64,000 bases of DNA from an uncultured Actinomycetes bacterium (GCA_963779685.1 CAVZZG010000001.1:1179458-1243457); one strand, 5' to 3'. Positions 45,253 through 56,674 are shown, numbered from the stretch's first letter. The notes: a model not told the origin generated them from the sequence alone. Numbers and translations are program-made.

Positions 45253-46473
45253 TCAGCTAGCGGCCGCCTTCACCTCTTCGCCGGCCTTGTTGTAGGCGGC
45301 GCGGTTCGGCAGGTACGCCTCGAACCACGCCTGCGGCGGCGCGAACGCCGACGGATCGTCGAGCGAGAACTCCTTGATCAGATCCTTGTTCTGGACGTTG
45401 GCGACGACCGCCGGGTCGTTCTGCGCCGTCGCATACTGGTAGTTGTCGATCAGCCACGTGGACGATGCCGGAGCGTTCGCGGCGGCGAGGGCGGTCATCG
45501 CCCGGCCCGGCTGCTTGGTCTCAGCGTGCATGACGAGCCCGCAGACCCATGCCAGCCGGCCCTCCTTGGGCTTCGAGTAGATCAGGTCGATGCCCTTCTT
45601 CGCCAGCCCCTGCTTGGCGCCGTAGTGGCCGTCGGGCCAGAAGTAGGCGGCGTCGATGTTGCCGGCGATCATGTCGTCGCGGGTCTTCGACTGGCTGTCC
45701 CAGAAATAGCGGATCTGCGGCAGGGCCTTGATCATCGTCGCCTTGGAGGCGTCGATCTGGGCCTGGGTGAGCGTGTTCGGATTGATCGGGCCCTCGTTGA
45801 TCAGCGCGCCGATCTTGATGATCGAGACGGTGTCGCCGAACAGGGCGATGCGCTTCTTGTACTTCGGGTCGAGGATGACGTTCCAGCTGTCCTGCCCGTC
45901 GGCGAACGTGATCTTGTCCGGCCGGTAGCTGAAGGTCGAGAAGCCGACGTCGTAGGGAAGGTGGTAGAGCACGCCGTCGACCTTGGAGTTCGCCAGGATC
46001 GAGTCCGGCACGCCCTTCAGGTCGGGGAGCATGGTCTCGTCGAGCGGCTGGATCAGCCCGGCGTTCTTCCAGTCCGGCGTGTAGGCGACGCACGGGTGGA
46101 TGAGGTCGTAGAACTGGCCGGCGGCCACCTTGGCGAGCGCCTGCTGATCGTTGTCGAGGATCGAGAACGTCAGCGGCGACTTCGTCGCGTAGGGGCCTGT
46201 CTGGTACGGGCCCCACATACCGTTCGGGGTGTCCTTCAGGTAGCCGGTCTGGTAGCCGTCCCAGGTGAAGACCGTGAGCGGGCCATCCGGCTCAGTCGCC
46301 GGATCGAACTTCGGTCCGGCCGCAGTGCTCGACCCGGCGGCCGGCGCGCTGCTGCTCGAGCTGGAGCTCGAGCTCGACGAGCCGCCGCACGCCGCGAGGA
46401 ACGCGGCCAGCGAGATGCCGCCGGTCGCGGTGAAGAACCCGCGCCGGTTGAGGTTGTGATCTTCCACGTTCAC
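45253..46473 (-). CDS. ABC transporter substrate-binding lipoprotein (PotD/PotF-like), Tat-type signal
   Basis: NRRGFFTATGGISLAAFLAACGGSSSS (twin-Arg + lipobox). GTG 46473 forms a GTGA overlap with the ATPase stop and is preceded by GGAGGGAG. Confidence 0.75.
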   Translation of the reverse strand: MNVEDHNLNRRGFFTATGGISLAAFLAACGGSSSSSSSSSSSAPAAGSSTAAGPKFDPATEPDGPLTVFTWDGYQTGYLKDTPNGMWGPYQTGPYATKSPLTFSILDNDQQALAKVAAGQFYDLIHPCVAYTPDWKNAGLIQPLDETMLPDLKGVPDSILANSKVDGVLYHLPYDVGFSTFSYRPDKITFADGQDSWNVILDPKYKKRIALFGDTVSIIKIGALINEGPINPNTLTQAQIDASKATMIKALPQIRYFWDSQSKTRDDMIAGNIDAAYFWPDGHYGAKQGLAKKGIDLIYSKPKEGRLAWVCGLVMHAETKQPGRAMTALAAANAPASSTWLIDNYQYATAQNDPAVVANVQNKDLIKEFSLDDPSAFAPPQAWFEAYLPNRAAYNKAGEEVKAAAS

Positions 46474-47633
46474 GCTCCCTCCGTTGACGCCGCCGGCGTC
46501 GTGCCGGCGGCGATTCCACCCCCGCCGGCACCTGCCGGCGGCCTCCGTGAGCCGATCACGTACGACTGGTCGGCGGCCCACTGCAATACGACCGTCGTGC
46601 CGACCTGTGGATCGGCGAGACCTTCGTCGTTGAGACGATGGACGACCAGGTCCTCGCCCGTCCGCAACTCGACCATGAGCTGCGTCATGGAGCCGAGATA
46701 CACCACGTCCTTGATGACGCCCGAGACCCGGCTCTCGTCGGGCCGTGCGTCACCGGTCGCGACCTTGATCTTCTCGGGTCGGACGGTGAGGTCGAATCCG
46801 GTCTCGCTCCCTGCACCCGAGGTGGTGATGCGCTCGCCGTCGCCGAGGTCCATCACCGCCACCGCCCCTTCGCGGCGGTCGGTGCGGAAATGGAGCAGGT
46901 TGGACACGCCGATGAACCCGGCGACGAAAGGGCTGGCCGGATGCTCGTACAGCTCCCGCGGCGTGGCGATCTGCTCGACGACGCCCAGGTTCATGACGGC
47001 GATCCGGTCGGACATCGTCAGCGCCTCTTCCTGGTCGTGCGTGACGTAGACGAACGTCGTCTGGGTCTGCAGCTGGAGGTGCTTGAGCTCCAGCTGGAGC
47101 TCCTTGCGCAGCTTCAGGTCGAGCGCGCCCAGCGGCTCGTCGAGCAGCAGCGCCGCGGGCCGGTTGACCAGCGCTCGCGCCAGCGCCACCCGCTGCTGCT
47201 GCCCGCCCGACAGCTGCCCGGGCTTGCGCTTCTCGAACCCCTCCAGCCGCACGGTCTGGATCGCCTCCTCGACGCGGCCGGTGATCTCGCCGCGCGGGAC
47301 CTTCTTGATCTTCAGGCCGAACGCGATGTTGTCCCAGACGTTCATGTGCGGGAACAGGGCGTAGGCCTGGAACACCATGTTCACGTTGCGCTTGGCCGGC
47401 GGGACGTAGGTGACGTCCTGGTCGCGGAGCAGGATCCGGCCGGCCGACGGCTCCTCGAATCCGGCGATCATCCGCAGGGTCGTCGTCTTGCCGCAGCCGG
47501 ACGGCCCGAGCATGGTGAAGAACTCACCGTCGCGGATCGTGAACGAGATGTCGTCGACCGCCGTGAAGTCGCCGAATCGCTTCGTGACCGCGTCGATGAC
47601 GATGCCGTCCGAAGGCACGTCGCTTCCTCCCAT
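46470..47633 (-). CDS. ABC transporter ATP-binding protein (PotA-like)
   Basis: Walker A GPSGCGKTT, LSGGQQQRVALARAL, LLLDEPLGALD, plus a C-terminal TOBE-like domain. Start is ATG 47633. Confidence 0.85.
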   Translation of the reverse strand: MGGSDVPSDGIVIDAVTKRFGDFTAVDDISFTIRDGEFFTMLGPSGCGKTTTLRMIAGFEEPSAGRILLRDQDVTYVPPAKRNVNMVFQAYALFPHMNVWDNIAFGLKIKKVPRGEITGRVEEAIQTVRLEGFEKRKPGQLSGGQQQRVALARALVNRPAALLLDEPLGALDLKLRKELQLELKHLQLQTQTTFVYVTHDQEEALTMSDRIAVMNLGVVEQIATPRELYEHPASPFVAGFIGVSNLLHFRTDRREGAVAVMDLGDGERITTSGAGSETGFDLTVRPEKIKVATGDARPDESRVSGVIKDVVYLGSMTQLMVELRTGEDLVVHRLNDEGLADPQVGTTVVLQWAADQSYVIGSRRPPAGAGGGGIAAGTTPAASTEGA

Positions 47634-47688
47634 ACGGCGGTACGATAAATGGTCGCGCCCCAAGTGCAAGGCGCGCTAGGGTGCGAGC

Positions 47689-48270
47689 GTGCCGCGGCCG
47701 AGCATCGCAGACGAGCGAAGGCCCCAGATCCTGGCCGCTGCGACGCGCGCCATCGCCGAGTATGGATTCGACGGCGTCCGCCTGTCCGACGTGGCCGGGG
47801 AGGCCGGTGTCGCGATCGGCACGATCCAGCACTACTTCGACTCGCGCGACGATCTGCTCGTCGCCGCGTTCCAGGAGGACAACCGGCGATCGGTGGAGCG
47901 CGCGCGGCTGACCGGCGCCGGGCGGACCGAGCCCTGGGAGCGCATCGTCGTGCTGGCCGACTGGGTGACGTCGCTGCCCCGCTGGGAGCTCTGGCTCGAG
48001 TACTGGGCGGTGGCGGCGCGCAGGGCCGACCTCCGGCAGGTGATCGCCGCCGCCTACGAGGAGTGGCGGGCGCCGGTGGTCGAGGCCGTCCGCGACGGGG
48101 TGGCCGCCGGAGACTTCCGGCCCGGCGTGGACCCCGAGATGGTGGGCGCGACCTTCGTCGCCCTGGCCGACGGGCTGGGCATCCAGCGCACGCTCGGGAC
48201 GAACTGGGTCGAGCCCGATCAGGCCGGCGAGGTCCTGCTGGGAGCGATCGCCGCGCTGGTCTTCCCCTAA
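47689..48270 (+). CDS. TetR-family transcriptional regulator
   Basis: ILAAATRAIAEYGFDGVRLSDVAGEAGVAIGTIQHYF HTH. Divergent from the ABC operon across a 55-nt spacer. Confidence 0.85.
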   Translation: MPRPSIADERRPQILAAATRAIAEYGFDGVRLSDVAGEAGVAIGTIQHYFDSRDDLLVAAFQEDNRRSVERARLTGAGRTEPWERIVVLADWVTSLPRWELWLEYWAVAARRADLRQVIAAAYEEWRAPVVEAVRDGVAAGDFRPGVDPEMVGATFVALADGLGIQRTLGTNWVEPDQAGEVLLGAIAALVFP

Positions 48271-48320
48271 AGGCACGACACGTGTACCATAAGGTCCGCT
48301 GGAACGAGCCTGGAGCGCCT

Positions 48321-49226
48321 ATGTGTGGGATCGTCGGACTCTTCTCGAAGTCGGATGCGATCGGTAGCCGACTCGGCGAGTACCTGTCGCGGATGCTGGT
48401 GCAGATGAACGACCGCGGGCCGGACTCGGCCGGGGTCGCCGTCTACCGCGACCCCGTGCCGTCGGGGTCGACCAAGCTCACCCTGCAGCATCCGGATGCG
48501 GCGTTCGACTGGGCCGCACTCGGCGCCGGCCTCGCCACCGCGTTCGGTGGCGACCCCGCTCCGGCCGTCCGCGTCACGCACGCGGTGTTCGTCGTGCCCG
48601 CCGACGCGGCCGATGCGCAGGCCTGGGTGCGCGCGAACCATCCCGACGCGCGCATCATGAGCGCCGGCCAGGTGATCGAGATCTACAAGGAGGTCGGGCT
48701 GCCGAGCGCGTTCGCGGCGGAGTACCGGCTCGAGGACATGCAGGGCAGCCACGCGCTCGGCCACACGCGGATGGCGACCGAGTCGAAGGTCACGACGCTC
48801 GGCTCGCACCCGTTCTCGACCGGCCTCGACGTGTGTCTCGTGCACAACGGATCGCTGTCGAACCACAACGATCTGCGGCGGATGCTGCGGCGCGAGGGCA
48901 TCGAGTTCTACACCGAGAACGACACCGAGGTGGCGGCGGGCTACCTGACGTGGCGGATGCGCGAGGGCGACTCGCTGCACGACGCGCTGATGCACTGCCT
49001 GGACGCGCTGGACGGCTTCTACACGTTCGCGATCGGCACCGCGGACGGGTTCGCCGTGTTCCGCGACCCGATCGCCTGCAAGCCCGCCGTGATGGCGGAG
49101 ACCGACGACTGGGTCGCGATGTCCTCCGAGTTCCGGGCCATCGCCGTGCTGCCGGGCGCCGAGACCGCGCGGATCTGGGAGCCGGCACCGGCCACCCCGT
49201 ACATCTGGGAAGGGGCGCGGGTCTGA
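48321..49226 (+). CDS. Class-II (Ntn) glutamine amidotransferase-domain protein, GlxB/MgsA-like
   Basis: MCGIVGLF with the Cys2 nucleophile. HTRMATES and VHNGSLSNH blocks. SD GGAG upstream. Confidence 0.75.
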   Translation: MCGIVGLFSKSDAIGSRLGEYLSRMLVQMNDRGPDSAGVAVYRDPVPSGSTKLTLQHPDAAFDWAALGAGLATAFGGDPAPAVRVTHAVFVVPADAADAQAWVRANHPDARIMSAGQVIEIYKEVGLPSAFAAEYRLEDMQGSHALGHTRMATESKVTTLGSHPFSTGLDVCLVHNGSLSNHNDLRRMLRREGIEFYTENDTEVAAGYLTWRMREGDSLHDALMHCLDALDGFYTFAIGTADGFAVFRDPIACKPAVMAETDDWVAMSSEFRAIAVLPGAETARIWEPAPATPYIWEGARV

Positions 49227-49924
49227 TGGCGACCGCCACCACCGAGGTGGTCGATCTGGCGGTCACGTCACTGCGGCAGTTCAACCAGCGGCTCCACGAC
49301 ATCGCCCGCACGGGTGACGGGCCCCGCAGCTTCCGCGTCGTCAACCCGTCCGGCGCGCACAACATCGCGTGCGGCCTGGACGCCGACATCGAGGTCGTGA
49401 TCGAAGGGCACGCCGGCTACTACTGCGCGGGCATGAACAAGCTCGCCACGGTGCGCGTGACGGGCACGGCCGGACAGGGCGTGGCCGAGAACATGATGAG
49501 CGGCCGCGTGATCGTCGAGGGCAACGCGAGCCAGGCCGCGGGCGCCTCGTCGCACGGGGGTCTGCTGCACATCCGCGGCGATGCCTCCGCCCGCTGCGGC
49601 ATCTCGCTGAAGGGGGCGTCGATCCTGGTCGAGGGGTCGATCGGCCACATGAGCGCCTTCATGGCCCAGACCGGGGTGATCGCCGTCCTGGGCGACGCCG
49701 GCGACGCGCTGGGCGACTCGATGTACGAGACGCACATCTACGTCCGCGGCACCGTCGCCGGGCTGGGGGCCGACGTGATCGAGAAGGAGCTCAGCGACTT
49801 CCACCGCGCCGAACTCGCAGGGCTGCTCGAGCAGGGCGGCATCACCGGCGTCGACAGCGCGGAGTTCCGCCGCTACGGCTCGGCGCGCAACCTCTACACG
49901 TTCAAGATCGACAACGTCTACTAG
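49226..49924 (+). CDS. GXGXG-motif protein (glutamate synthase alpha-subunit C-terminal domain-like), GlxC/MgsB-like
   Basis: Repetitive beta-helix pattern VIEGHAGYYCAGMN...VTGTAGQGVAENMMSGRVIVEGNASQAAGASSHGGLLHIRGDASARCG...ILVEGSIGHMSAFMAQTGVIAVLGDAG. TGATG overlap with the upstream gene. Confidence 0.75.
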   Translation: MATATTEVVDLAVTSLRQFNQRLHDIARTGDGPRSFRVVNPSGAHNIACGLDADIEVVIEGHAGYYCAGMNKLATVRVTGTAGQGVAENMMSGRVIVEGNASQAAGASSHGGLLHIRGDASARCGISLKGASILVEGSIGHMSAFMAQTGVIAVLGDAGDALGDSMYETHIYVRGTVAGLGADVIEKELSDFHRAELAGLLEQGGITGVDSAEFRRYGSARNLYTFKIDNVY

Positions 49925-49935
49925 GCCAGGCTGAG

Positions 49936-51270
49936 ATGCAGAACCCGTTCCAGGCCCACATGCCCGGCCTCCGCGAGAGCCACCTCTTCGACCGCACGGT
50001 GATCGCCGAGATCCAGCGCGCGGCGCGCGAGGGCATCTACGACATCCGCGGCTTCGGCGCCAAGCGCTCCGTGCCGCACTTCGACGACCTGCTGTTCCTC
50101 GGCGCGTCGGTCTCCCGCTACCCGCTGGAGGGGTACCGCGAGCGGTGCGGGACGGAGGTCGTGCTCGGCACGCGCTTCGCGAAGAAGCCGATCGAGCTGA
50201 AGATCCCCGTGACGATCGCGGGCATGTCCTTCGGCGCCCTCTCGGCACCGGCCAAGGAGGCCCTGGGCCGCGGCGCCTCGGAGGTGGGCACGTCGACCAC
50301 CACCGGCGACGGCGGCATGACCCAGGAGGAGCGCGGCCACTCCGACCGCCTCGTCTACCAGCTGCTGCCGAGCCGCTACGGCATGAATCCGGACGATCTC
50401 CGCAAGGCCGACGCGATCGAGGTCGTCATCGGCCAGGGCGCCAAGCCGGGCGGCGGCGGCATGCTGCTCGGGCACAAGATCTCCGATCGCGTGGCGAAGA
50501 TGCGCGACCTGCCCAAGGGCATCGACCAGCGCTCCGCGTGCCGGCATCCGGACTGGACCGGCCCGGACGATCTCGAGATCAAGATCCTGGAGCTGCGCGA
50601 GATCACCGACTGGGAGAAGCCGATCTACGTCAAGGTCGGCGCCACGCGGCCGTACTACGACGTGCAGCTGGCCGTGAAGGCCGGCGCCGACGTGGTCGTC
50701 CTCGACGGCATGCAGGGCGGCACCGCCGCCACCCAGGACGTGTTCATCGAGCACGTCGGCATCCCGACCCTGGCCGCGATCCCGGTGGCCGTGGAGGCGC
50801 TGAAGGAGATGGGCATGCACCGGAAGGTGCAGCTCATCGTCTCGGGCGGCATCCGCACCGGGGCCGACGTCGCCAAGGCGCTCGCGCTGGGCGCCGACGC
50901 CGTGGCGATCGGGGTTGCGGCGCTGATCGCGCTGGGCGACAACGCGCCCGAGATGGACGACGAGTACCGCAAGCTCGGATCGGCAGCGGGCTACTACGAC
51001 GACTGGCAGGCCGGCCGCGACCCGACCGGCATCTCCACCCAGGACGAGGAGCTCGCCGCCCGCTTCGACCCCGTCAAGGGCGGCCGCCGGCTGGCGAACT
51101 ACCTCCGGGTGCTGACGCTCGAGGCGCAGACGCTGGCGCGGGCCTGCGGCCACAACCACCTGCACAACCTCGAGCCCGAGGACCTCGTCGCGCTCACGAT
51201 AGAGGCCGCCGCCATGGCCCGCGTACCGCTGGCAGGCACGGGCTGGATTCCCGGCCAGACGCCGCTTTGA
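49936..51270 (+). CDS. FMN-binding glutamate synthase-family protein, GlxD/MgsC-like
   Basis: IAGMSFGALS, IGQGAKPGGGGMLLGHKI, VVLDGMQGGTAA and SGGIRTGADVAKALALGADAV blocks of the GltB FMN domain. Confidence 0.8.
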   Translation: MQNPFQAHMPGLRESHLFDRTVIAEIQRAAREGIYDIRGFGAKRSVPHFDDLLFLGASVSRYPLEGYRERCGTEVVLGTRFAKKPIELKIPVTIAGMSFGALSAPAKEALGRGASEVGTSTTTGDGGMTQEERGHSDRLVYQLLPSRYGMNPDDLRKADAIEVVIGQGAKPGGGGMLLGHKISDRVAKMRDLPKGIDQRSACRHPDWTGPDDLEIKILELREITDWEKPIYVKVGATRPYYDVQLAVKAGADVVVLDGMQGGTAATQDVFIEHVGIPTLAAIPVAVEALKEMGMHRKVQLIVSGGIRTGADVAKALALGADAVAIGVAALIALGDNAPEMDDEYRKLGSAAGYYDDWQAGRDPTGISTQDEELAARFDPVKGGRRLANYLRVLTLEAQTLARACGHNHLHNLEPEDLVALTIEAAAMARVPLAGTGWIPGQTPL

Positions 51271-51295
51271 GGCGGCCGCGCGAACGCGGCCGCGC

Positions 51296-52063
51296 TCACC
51301 CGCGGTGCAGCCGGAGGCGCAGCCGCCCGTCCTCCATGCCCGCGGCGGCCTCGGCGAGGAGGGCGTCGAGGTCGTCCTTGACGTGGAGGAAGCGGCCGGA
51401 GAGGGCGTCGCAGTCGCCGCGGGCGATGCGCGCGACGAGCCCGGCGGACTGATCGGCGGTCTGCCAGGCGTCGGCGGGGAGCTCGCGGATGCCCTCGGCA
51501 TAGCTCAGGAAGCCCGCTGAGTCGGACATCTCCGTGTGGACGAGCCCGGGCGCCATCGAGTACGCCTGGACGTTGAAGGGGCCGGCTTCGGCCGCCACGC
51601 GCTCCATGAGGACGATCGCGGCGGCCTTGGCGGCGGCGTACGCCGAGCATGCCGGGTGGGGGTCGTTCGCCATGCCGCTGGTCATGGTCGCGATCCGGCC
51701 GTGGCCCCGCGCGAGCATGCCGCCGAGTACGGCGTGCGTGCACAGGGCGACACCGCGCAGGTTGACGTTCACGTCGCGCCACCAGACGTCTGCTGGAACC
51801 TCGTGGAACGGCCCCCAACCGCCGGCCAGGCCCGCGTTGTTCACCAGCAGGTCGACCGGCCCGAGTTCGCCCTCGATGCGCGCGAAGGCCTCCTCGACGG
51901 CCGCGCGGTCGGTGACGTCGGCCGCCAGCTGGAGATCGCCGATCCCCGCCGGTGCGGGGGATAGCGACACGACGGCGACCCGGGCGCCGTCGCGGGCGAG
52001 GCGCTCGGCGATCGCGCGACCGATACCGCGGCGGCCGCCGGTGACGACCGCGACCCGTGTCAC
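51296..52063 (-). CDS. Short-chain dehydrogenase/reductase (SDR)
   Basis: GTG 52063 gives VTRVAVVTGGRRGIGRAIA (TGxxxGxG). NNAG, and the YAAAKAA catalytic YxxxK. Confidence 0.8.
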   Translation of the reverse strand: MTRVAVVTGGRRGIGRAIAERLARDGARVAVVSLSPAPAGIGDLQLAADVTDRAAVEEAFARIEGELGPVDLLVNNAGLAGGWGPFHEVPADVWWRDVNVNLRGVALCTHAVLGGMLARGHGRIATMTSGMANDPHPACSAYAAAKAAAIVLMERVAAEAGPFNVQAYSMAPGLVHTEMSDSAGFLSYAEGIRELPADAWQTADQSAGLVARIARGDCDALSGRFLHVKDDLDALLAEAAAGMEDGRLRLRLHRG

Positions 52064-52287
52064 CACGGCCCGCCGCCGATGCGCAGGCGCGGCTCGGCGC
52101 CGCGCAGCCCCTGGCTCTCGGCCAGCACGATGACGGCCGCGTCGGCGCACGCAGTGGCGCTGTCCGGGGCCTCCGCCGGATCGCCGGCCGCCGCGGGCGG
52201 CAGACCGGCCCGCACCCGTCGGTACGCGTCGTCGATGGCGGCCCGCACCTGGCTCCACCATGCCTCCGGGTCGGTGTCGGCGAACAT
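52060..52287 (-). CDS. Small hypothetical ORF (75 aa), translationally coupled to the SDR gene
   Basis: High GC3. Its stop overlaps the SDR GTG start (GTGA). The N-terminus FADTDPEAWWSQV echoes the SDR internal segment FHEVPADVWWRDV. Confidence 0.4.
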   Translation of the reverse strand: MFADTDPEAWWSQVRAAIDDAYRRVRAGLPPAAAGDPAEAPDSATACADAAVIVLAESQGLRGAEPRLRIGGGPW

Positions 52288-52476
52288 GGCGGCACTCTAC
52301 TGGCCGATACGGTGTAGACTTTCCCGCTGGAGCCGCTCTGCGGCTTTGTTGCGTGCCGTAGGAACCGCCGCATGGGACGCCATCACGTGGCACCATCCCC
52401 CGCTGGCGGGCCAGGCTGCAACGCCCCGCCCGTCATTCGACGCGCTCATCGCGCGTCACCGAATCCCGGAAGGTCA

Positions 52477-52845
52477 ATGCCGACCATCAATCAGCTCGTG
52501 CGCAAGCCGCGCACCGCGCCCAAGGCGAAGACGAAGACCCCGGCCCTCAGGGGCGCCCCGCAGAAGCGGGGGGTGTGCACGCGCGTGTACACCACGACGC
52601 CCAAGAAGCCGAACTCCGCCCTGCGCAAGGTCGCGCGCGTCCGCCTGACGAACAACGTCGAGGTGACGGCGTACATCCCCGGCATCGGCCACAACCTTCA
52701 GGAGCACTCGGTGGTGCTCGTCCGCGGCGGTCGCGTCAAGGACCTCCCCGGCGTGCGCTACAAGGTCATCCGCGGCGCGCTCGACGCCCAGGGCGTCTCC
52801 GGTCGCCGCCAGGCGCGCTCGCGCTACGGAGCGAAGAAGAGCTAG
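52477..52845 (+). CDS. rpsL: 30S ribosomal protein S12
   Basis: [12 protein letters not shown]...[16 protein letters not shown]. Confidence 0.97.
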   Translation: MPTINQLVRKPRTAPKAKTKTPALRGAPQKRGVCTRVYTTTPKKPNSALRKVARVRLTNNVEVTAYIPGIGHNLQEHSVVLVRGGRVKDLPGVRYKVIRGALDAQGVSGRRQARSRYGAKKS

Positions 52846-52847
52846 CA

Positions 52848-53318
52848 GTGCCGCGCCGCGCCGACATCGTCCCTCGCGAGCTCCAGGCCGACCCGGTGTA
52901 CGGGTCGAAGCTCGTCACGCAGGTCATCAACCGCATGATGCTCGACGGCAAGAAGTCGACCGCCGAGGCGATCGTCTACGCCGCGCTGGCGAAGGTCGGC
53001 GAGAAGTCCGGCCGGCCGCCGGTCGAGATGCTCGAGCAGGCCATCAAGTCCGTCACGCCGGCGCTCGAGGTCCGCTCGCGCCGTGTCGGCGGCGCCAACT
53101 ACCAGGTGCCGATCGAGGTGCCCGCGCGTCGCGCGCGCACGCTCGCGATCCGCTGGCTGCTGACGTTCGCGCGCCAGCGCCGCGAGAAGACCATGATCGA
53201 CAAGCTCGTCGGCGAGATCCTGGACGCCTCCAACCAGCAGGGCGGCGCGTTCAAGCGCAAGGACGACATGTACCGGATGGCGCAGGCCAACAAGGCCTTC
53301 GCGCACTACCGCTGGTGA
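52848..53318 (+). CDS. rpsG: 30S ribosomal protein S7
   Basis: GTG 52848. [27 protein letters not shown]...[10 protein letters not shown]. Confidence 0.95.
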   Translation: MPRRADIVPRELQADPVYGSKLVTQVINRMMLDGKKSTAEAIVYAALAKVGEKSGRPPVEMLEQAIKSVTPALEVRSRRVGGANYQVPIEVPARRARTLAIRWLLTFARQRREKTMIDKLVGEILDASNQQGGAFKRKDDMYRMAQANKAFAHYRW

Positions 53319-53335
53319 TTGTGGAGCTACCGATC

Positions 53336-55441
53336 ATGTCCGTCGTCGAAACCAAGACATCGAGTGCCGTCCCCAAGCCGGAGGAACTCGATCGCGTCCG
53401 CAACATCGGCATCATGGCCCACATCGATGCCGGCAAGACGACTGCGACCGAGCGGATCCTCTACTACACCGGCCGAACGCACAAGCTCGGCGAGGTGCAC
53501 GAGGGCGCGGCCACCATGGACTGGATGGTCCAGGAGCAGGAGCGCGGCATCACCATCACGTCCGCCGCGACGACCGCGTTCTGGCAGGGCTTCCGGATCA
53601 ACATCATCGATACGCCCGGGCACGTTGACTTCACGGTCGAGGTGGAGCGCTCGCTCCGCGTGCTGGATGGCGCGGTCGCCGTGTTCGACTCCGTGGCCGG
53701 CGTCCAGCCGCAGTCCGAGACCGTCTGGCGGCAGGCCGACAAGTACGCGGTGCCGCGGATCGCGTTCGTCAACAAGATGGATCGCGTCGGCGCCGACTTC
53801 TTCAACGCCATGCAGACCATGGTCGACCGGCTCGGTGCGCGACCCGTGGCGGTGCAGATCCCGATCGGCGTCGAGGATGGCTTCGAGGGCATCGTCGACC
53901 TCGTCCGCATGAAGGCGCTCCGCTACGTCGACTCGCTCGGCATGAAGTGGACGGAGGAAGACCCGACCGGCGATCTGCTGGCGCAGGCACAGCTGTACCG
54001 CCACGAGCTGATCGAGGCCGTCGCCGACCACGACGAGGCGATCATGATCGCCTTCCTCGAGGACGAGCCGGTCGGCGAGGAGGCGCTCAAGAGCGCCATC
54101 CGCGCGGCCACGCTCGACCTCTCGATCACTCCGGTGCTGTGCGGCTCGGCCTTCAAGAACAAGGGCGTGCAGCCGCTGCTCGACGCGATCGTCGACTTCC
54201 TGCCCTCGCCGCTCGACGTCCCGCCGGTGTCCGGCACCGTCCCGCGCACGGGCGCGGTCGAGGAGCGCCGGCCCGATCTCAGCGAGCCGTTCTCGGCCCT
54301 GGCGTTCAAGGTCATGACCGACCCGTACGTCGGCAAGCTGACGTACTTCCGGGTCTACTCGGGCCGCCTCAAGGCCGGATCGGCCATCATCAACGCCTCC
54401 TCGGACAAGAAGGAGCGCATCGGCCGGATCCTGCAGATGCACGCGAACCGCCAGGAGGAGCGCGAGGAGATCGGCGCGGGCGAGATCGCCGCCGCCGTCG
54501 GCCTCAAGTTCACCACCACCGGCGACACGCTCACCGATCCGGCGCGTCCGATCCTGCTCGAGGCGATCGAATTCCCCGACCCCGTCATCGAGGTCGCCGT
54601 GGAGCCGAAGACCAAGGCCGACCAGGACAAGCTCGCGACGGCGCTCGGCCGTCTCGCCGAGGAGGACCCGACCTTCCGCGTCAAGACGCACGAGGAGACC
54701 GGCCAGACGCTGATCGCCGGCATGGGCGAGCTCCACCTCGAGATCATCGTCGACCGGCTGCTACGCGAGTTCAAGGTCGACGCGAACGTCGGCAAGCCGC
54801 AGGTCGCCTACCGCGAGACGGTTCGCCGCAAGGCCGAGAACGTCCGCGCCAGGTTCGTGCGCCAGACCGGCGGCCGCGGCCAGTTCGGCGACGTCATCAT
54901 CACGCTCGAGCCGAACCCGCCGGGCGGCGGCTACGAGTTCGTCAACAAGGTCACGGGCGGCAACATCCCGAAGGAGTACATCCCCTCGGTCGACGCCGGC
55001 ATCAAGGAGGCCATGGAGAGCGGTGTGCTCTCGGGCTTCCCGGTCGTCGACATCAAGGTGACGCTCACGGACGGCAGCTACCATGACGTCGACTCCTCGG
55101 AGATGGCGTTCAAGATCGCGGGCTCGATGGCGTTCAAGGACGCCTGCCAGAAGGCCGGGCCGGTGCTGCTCGAGCCCGTCTTCGAGGTCGAGGTGGTCAC
55201 GCCGCAGGAGTACATGGGCGACGTGATCGGCAACCTCAGCTCGCGGCGCGGGCAGATCGACCACATGGAGGATCGGGGCAACGCCAAGGTGATCACGGCG
55301 CGCGTTCCGCTCTCCGAGATGTTCGGGTACGCGACCGACGTCCGCTCGATGTCGCAGGGTCGGGCAACCTACACGATGCAGTTCCTGCGGTACGAGGAAG
55401 TTCCGAAGAACCTCGCCGAATCGGTCATCCGGACCGACTAG
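53336..55441 (+). CDS. fusA: Elongation factor G
   Basis: [27 protein letters not shown]-domain motifs and full-length EF-G domains. Confidence 0.97.
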   Translation: MSVVETKTSSAVPKPEELDRVRNIGIMAHIDAGKTTATERILYYTGRTHKLGEVHEGAATMDWMVQEQERGITITSAATTAFWQGFRINIIDTPGHVDFTVEVERSLRVLDGAVAVFDSVAGVQPQSETVWRQADKYAVPRIAFVNKMDRVGADFFNAMQTMVDRLGARPVAVQIPIGVEDGFEGIVDLVRMKALRYVDSLGMKWTEEDPTGDLLAQAQLYRHELIEAVADHDEAIMIAFLEDEPVGEEALKSAIRAATLDLSITPVLCGSAFKNKGVQPLLDAIVDFLPSPLDVPPVSGTVPRTGAVEERRPDLSEPFSALAFKVMTDPYVGKLTYFRVYSGRLKAGSAIINASSDKKERIGRILQMHANRQEEREEIGAGEIAAAVGLKFTTTGDTLTDPARPILLEAIEFPDPVIEVAVEPKTKADQDKLATALGRLAEEDPTFRVKTHEETGQTLIAGMGELHLEIIVDRLLREFKVDANVGKPQVAYRETVRRKAENVRARFVRQTGGRGQFGDVIITLEPNPPGGGYEFVNKVTGGNIPKEYIPSVDAGIKEAMESGVLSGFPVVDIKVTLTDGSYHDVDSSEMAFKIAGSMAFKDACQKAGPVLLEPVFEVEVVTPQEYMGDVIGNLSSRRGQIDHMEDRGNAKVITARVPLSEMFGYATDVRSMSQGRATYTMQFLRYEEVPKNLAESVIRTD

Positions 55442-55481
55442 GCACGACCAGGATCCAGTCCGAAGAGAGGATCGGGAGCAC

Positions 55482-56669
<1,188 letters not shown>

Positions 56670-56674
56670 CTCCC

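Noticed and set aside
39111-52476. The rpoC-rpsL accessory block as a recent horizontally acquired island
   Set aside because: There are no transposase, integrase or phage genes and no flanking repeats. Codon usage and GC look indistinguishable from the ribosomal flanks.
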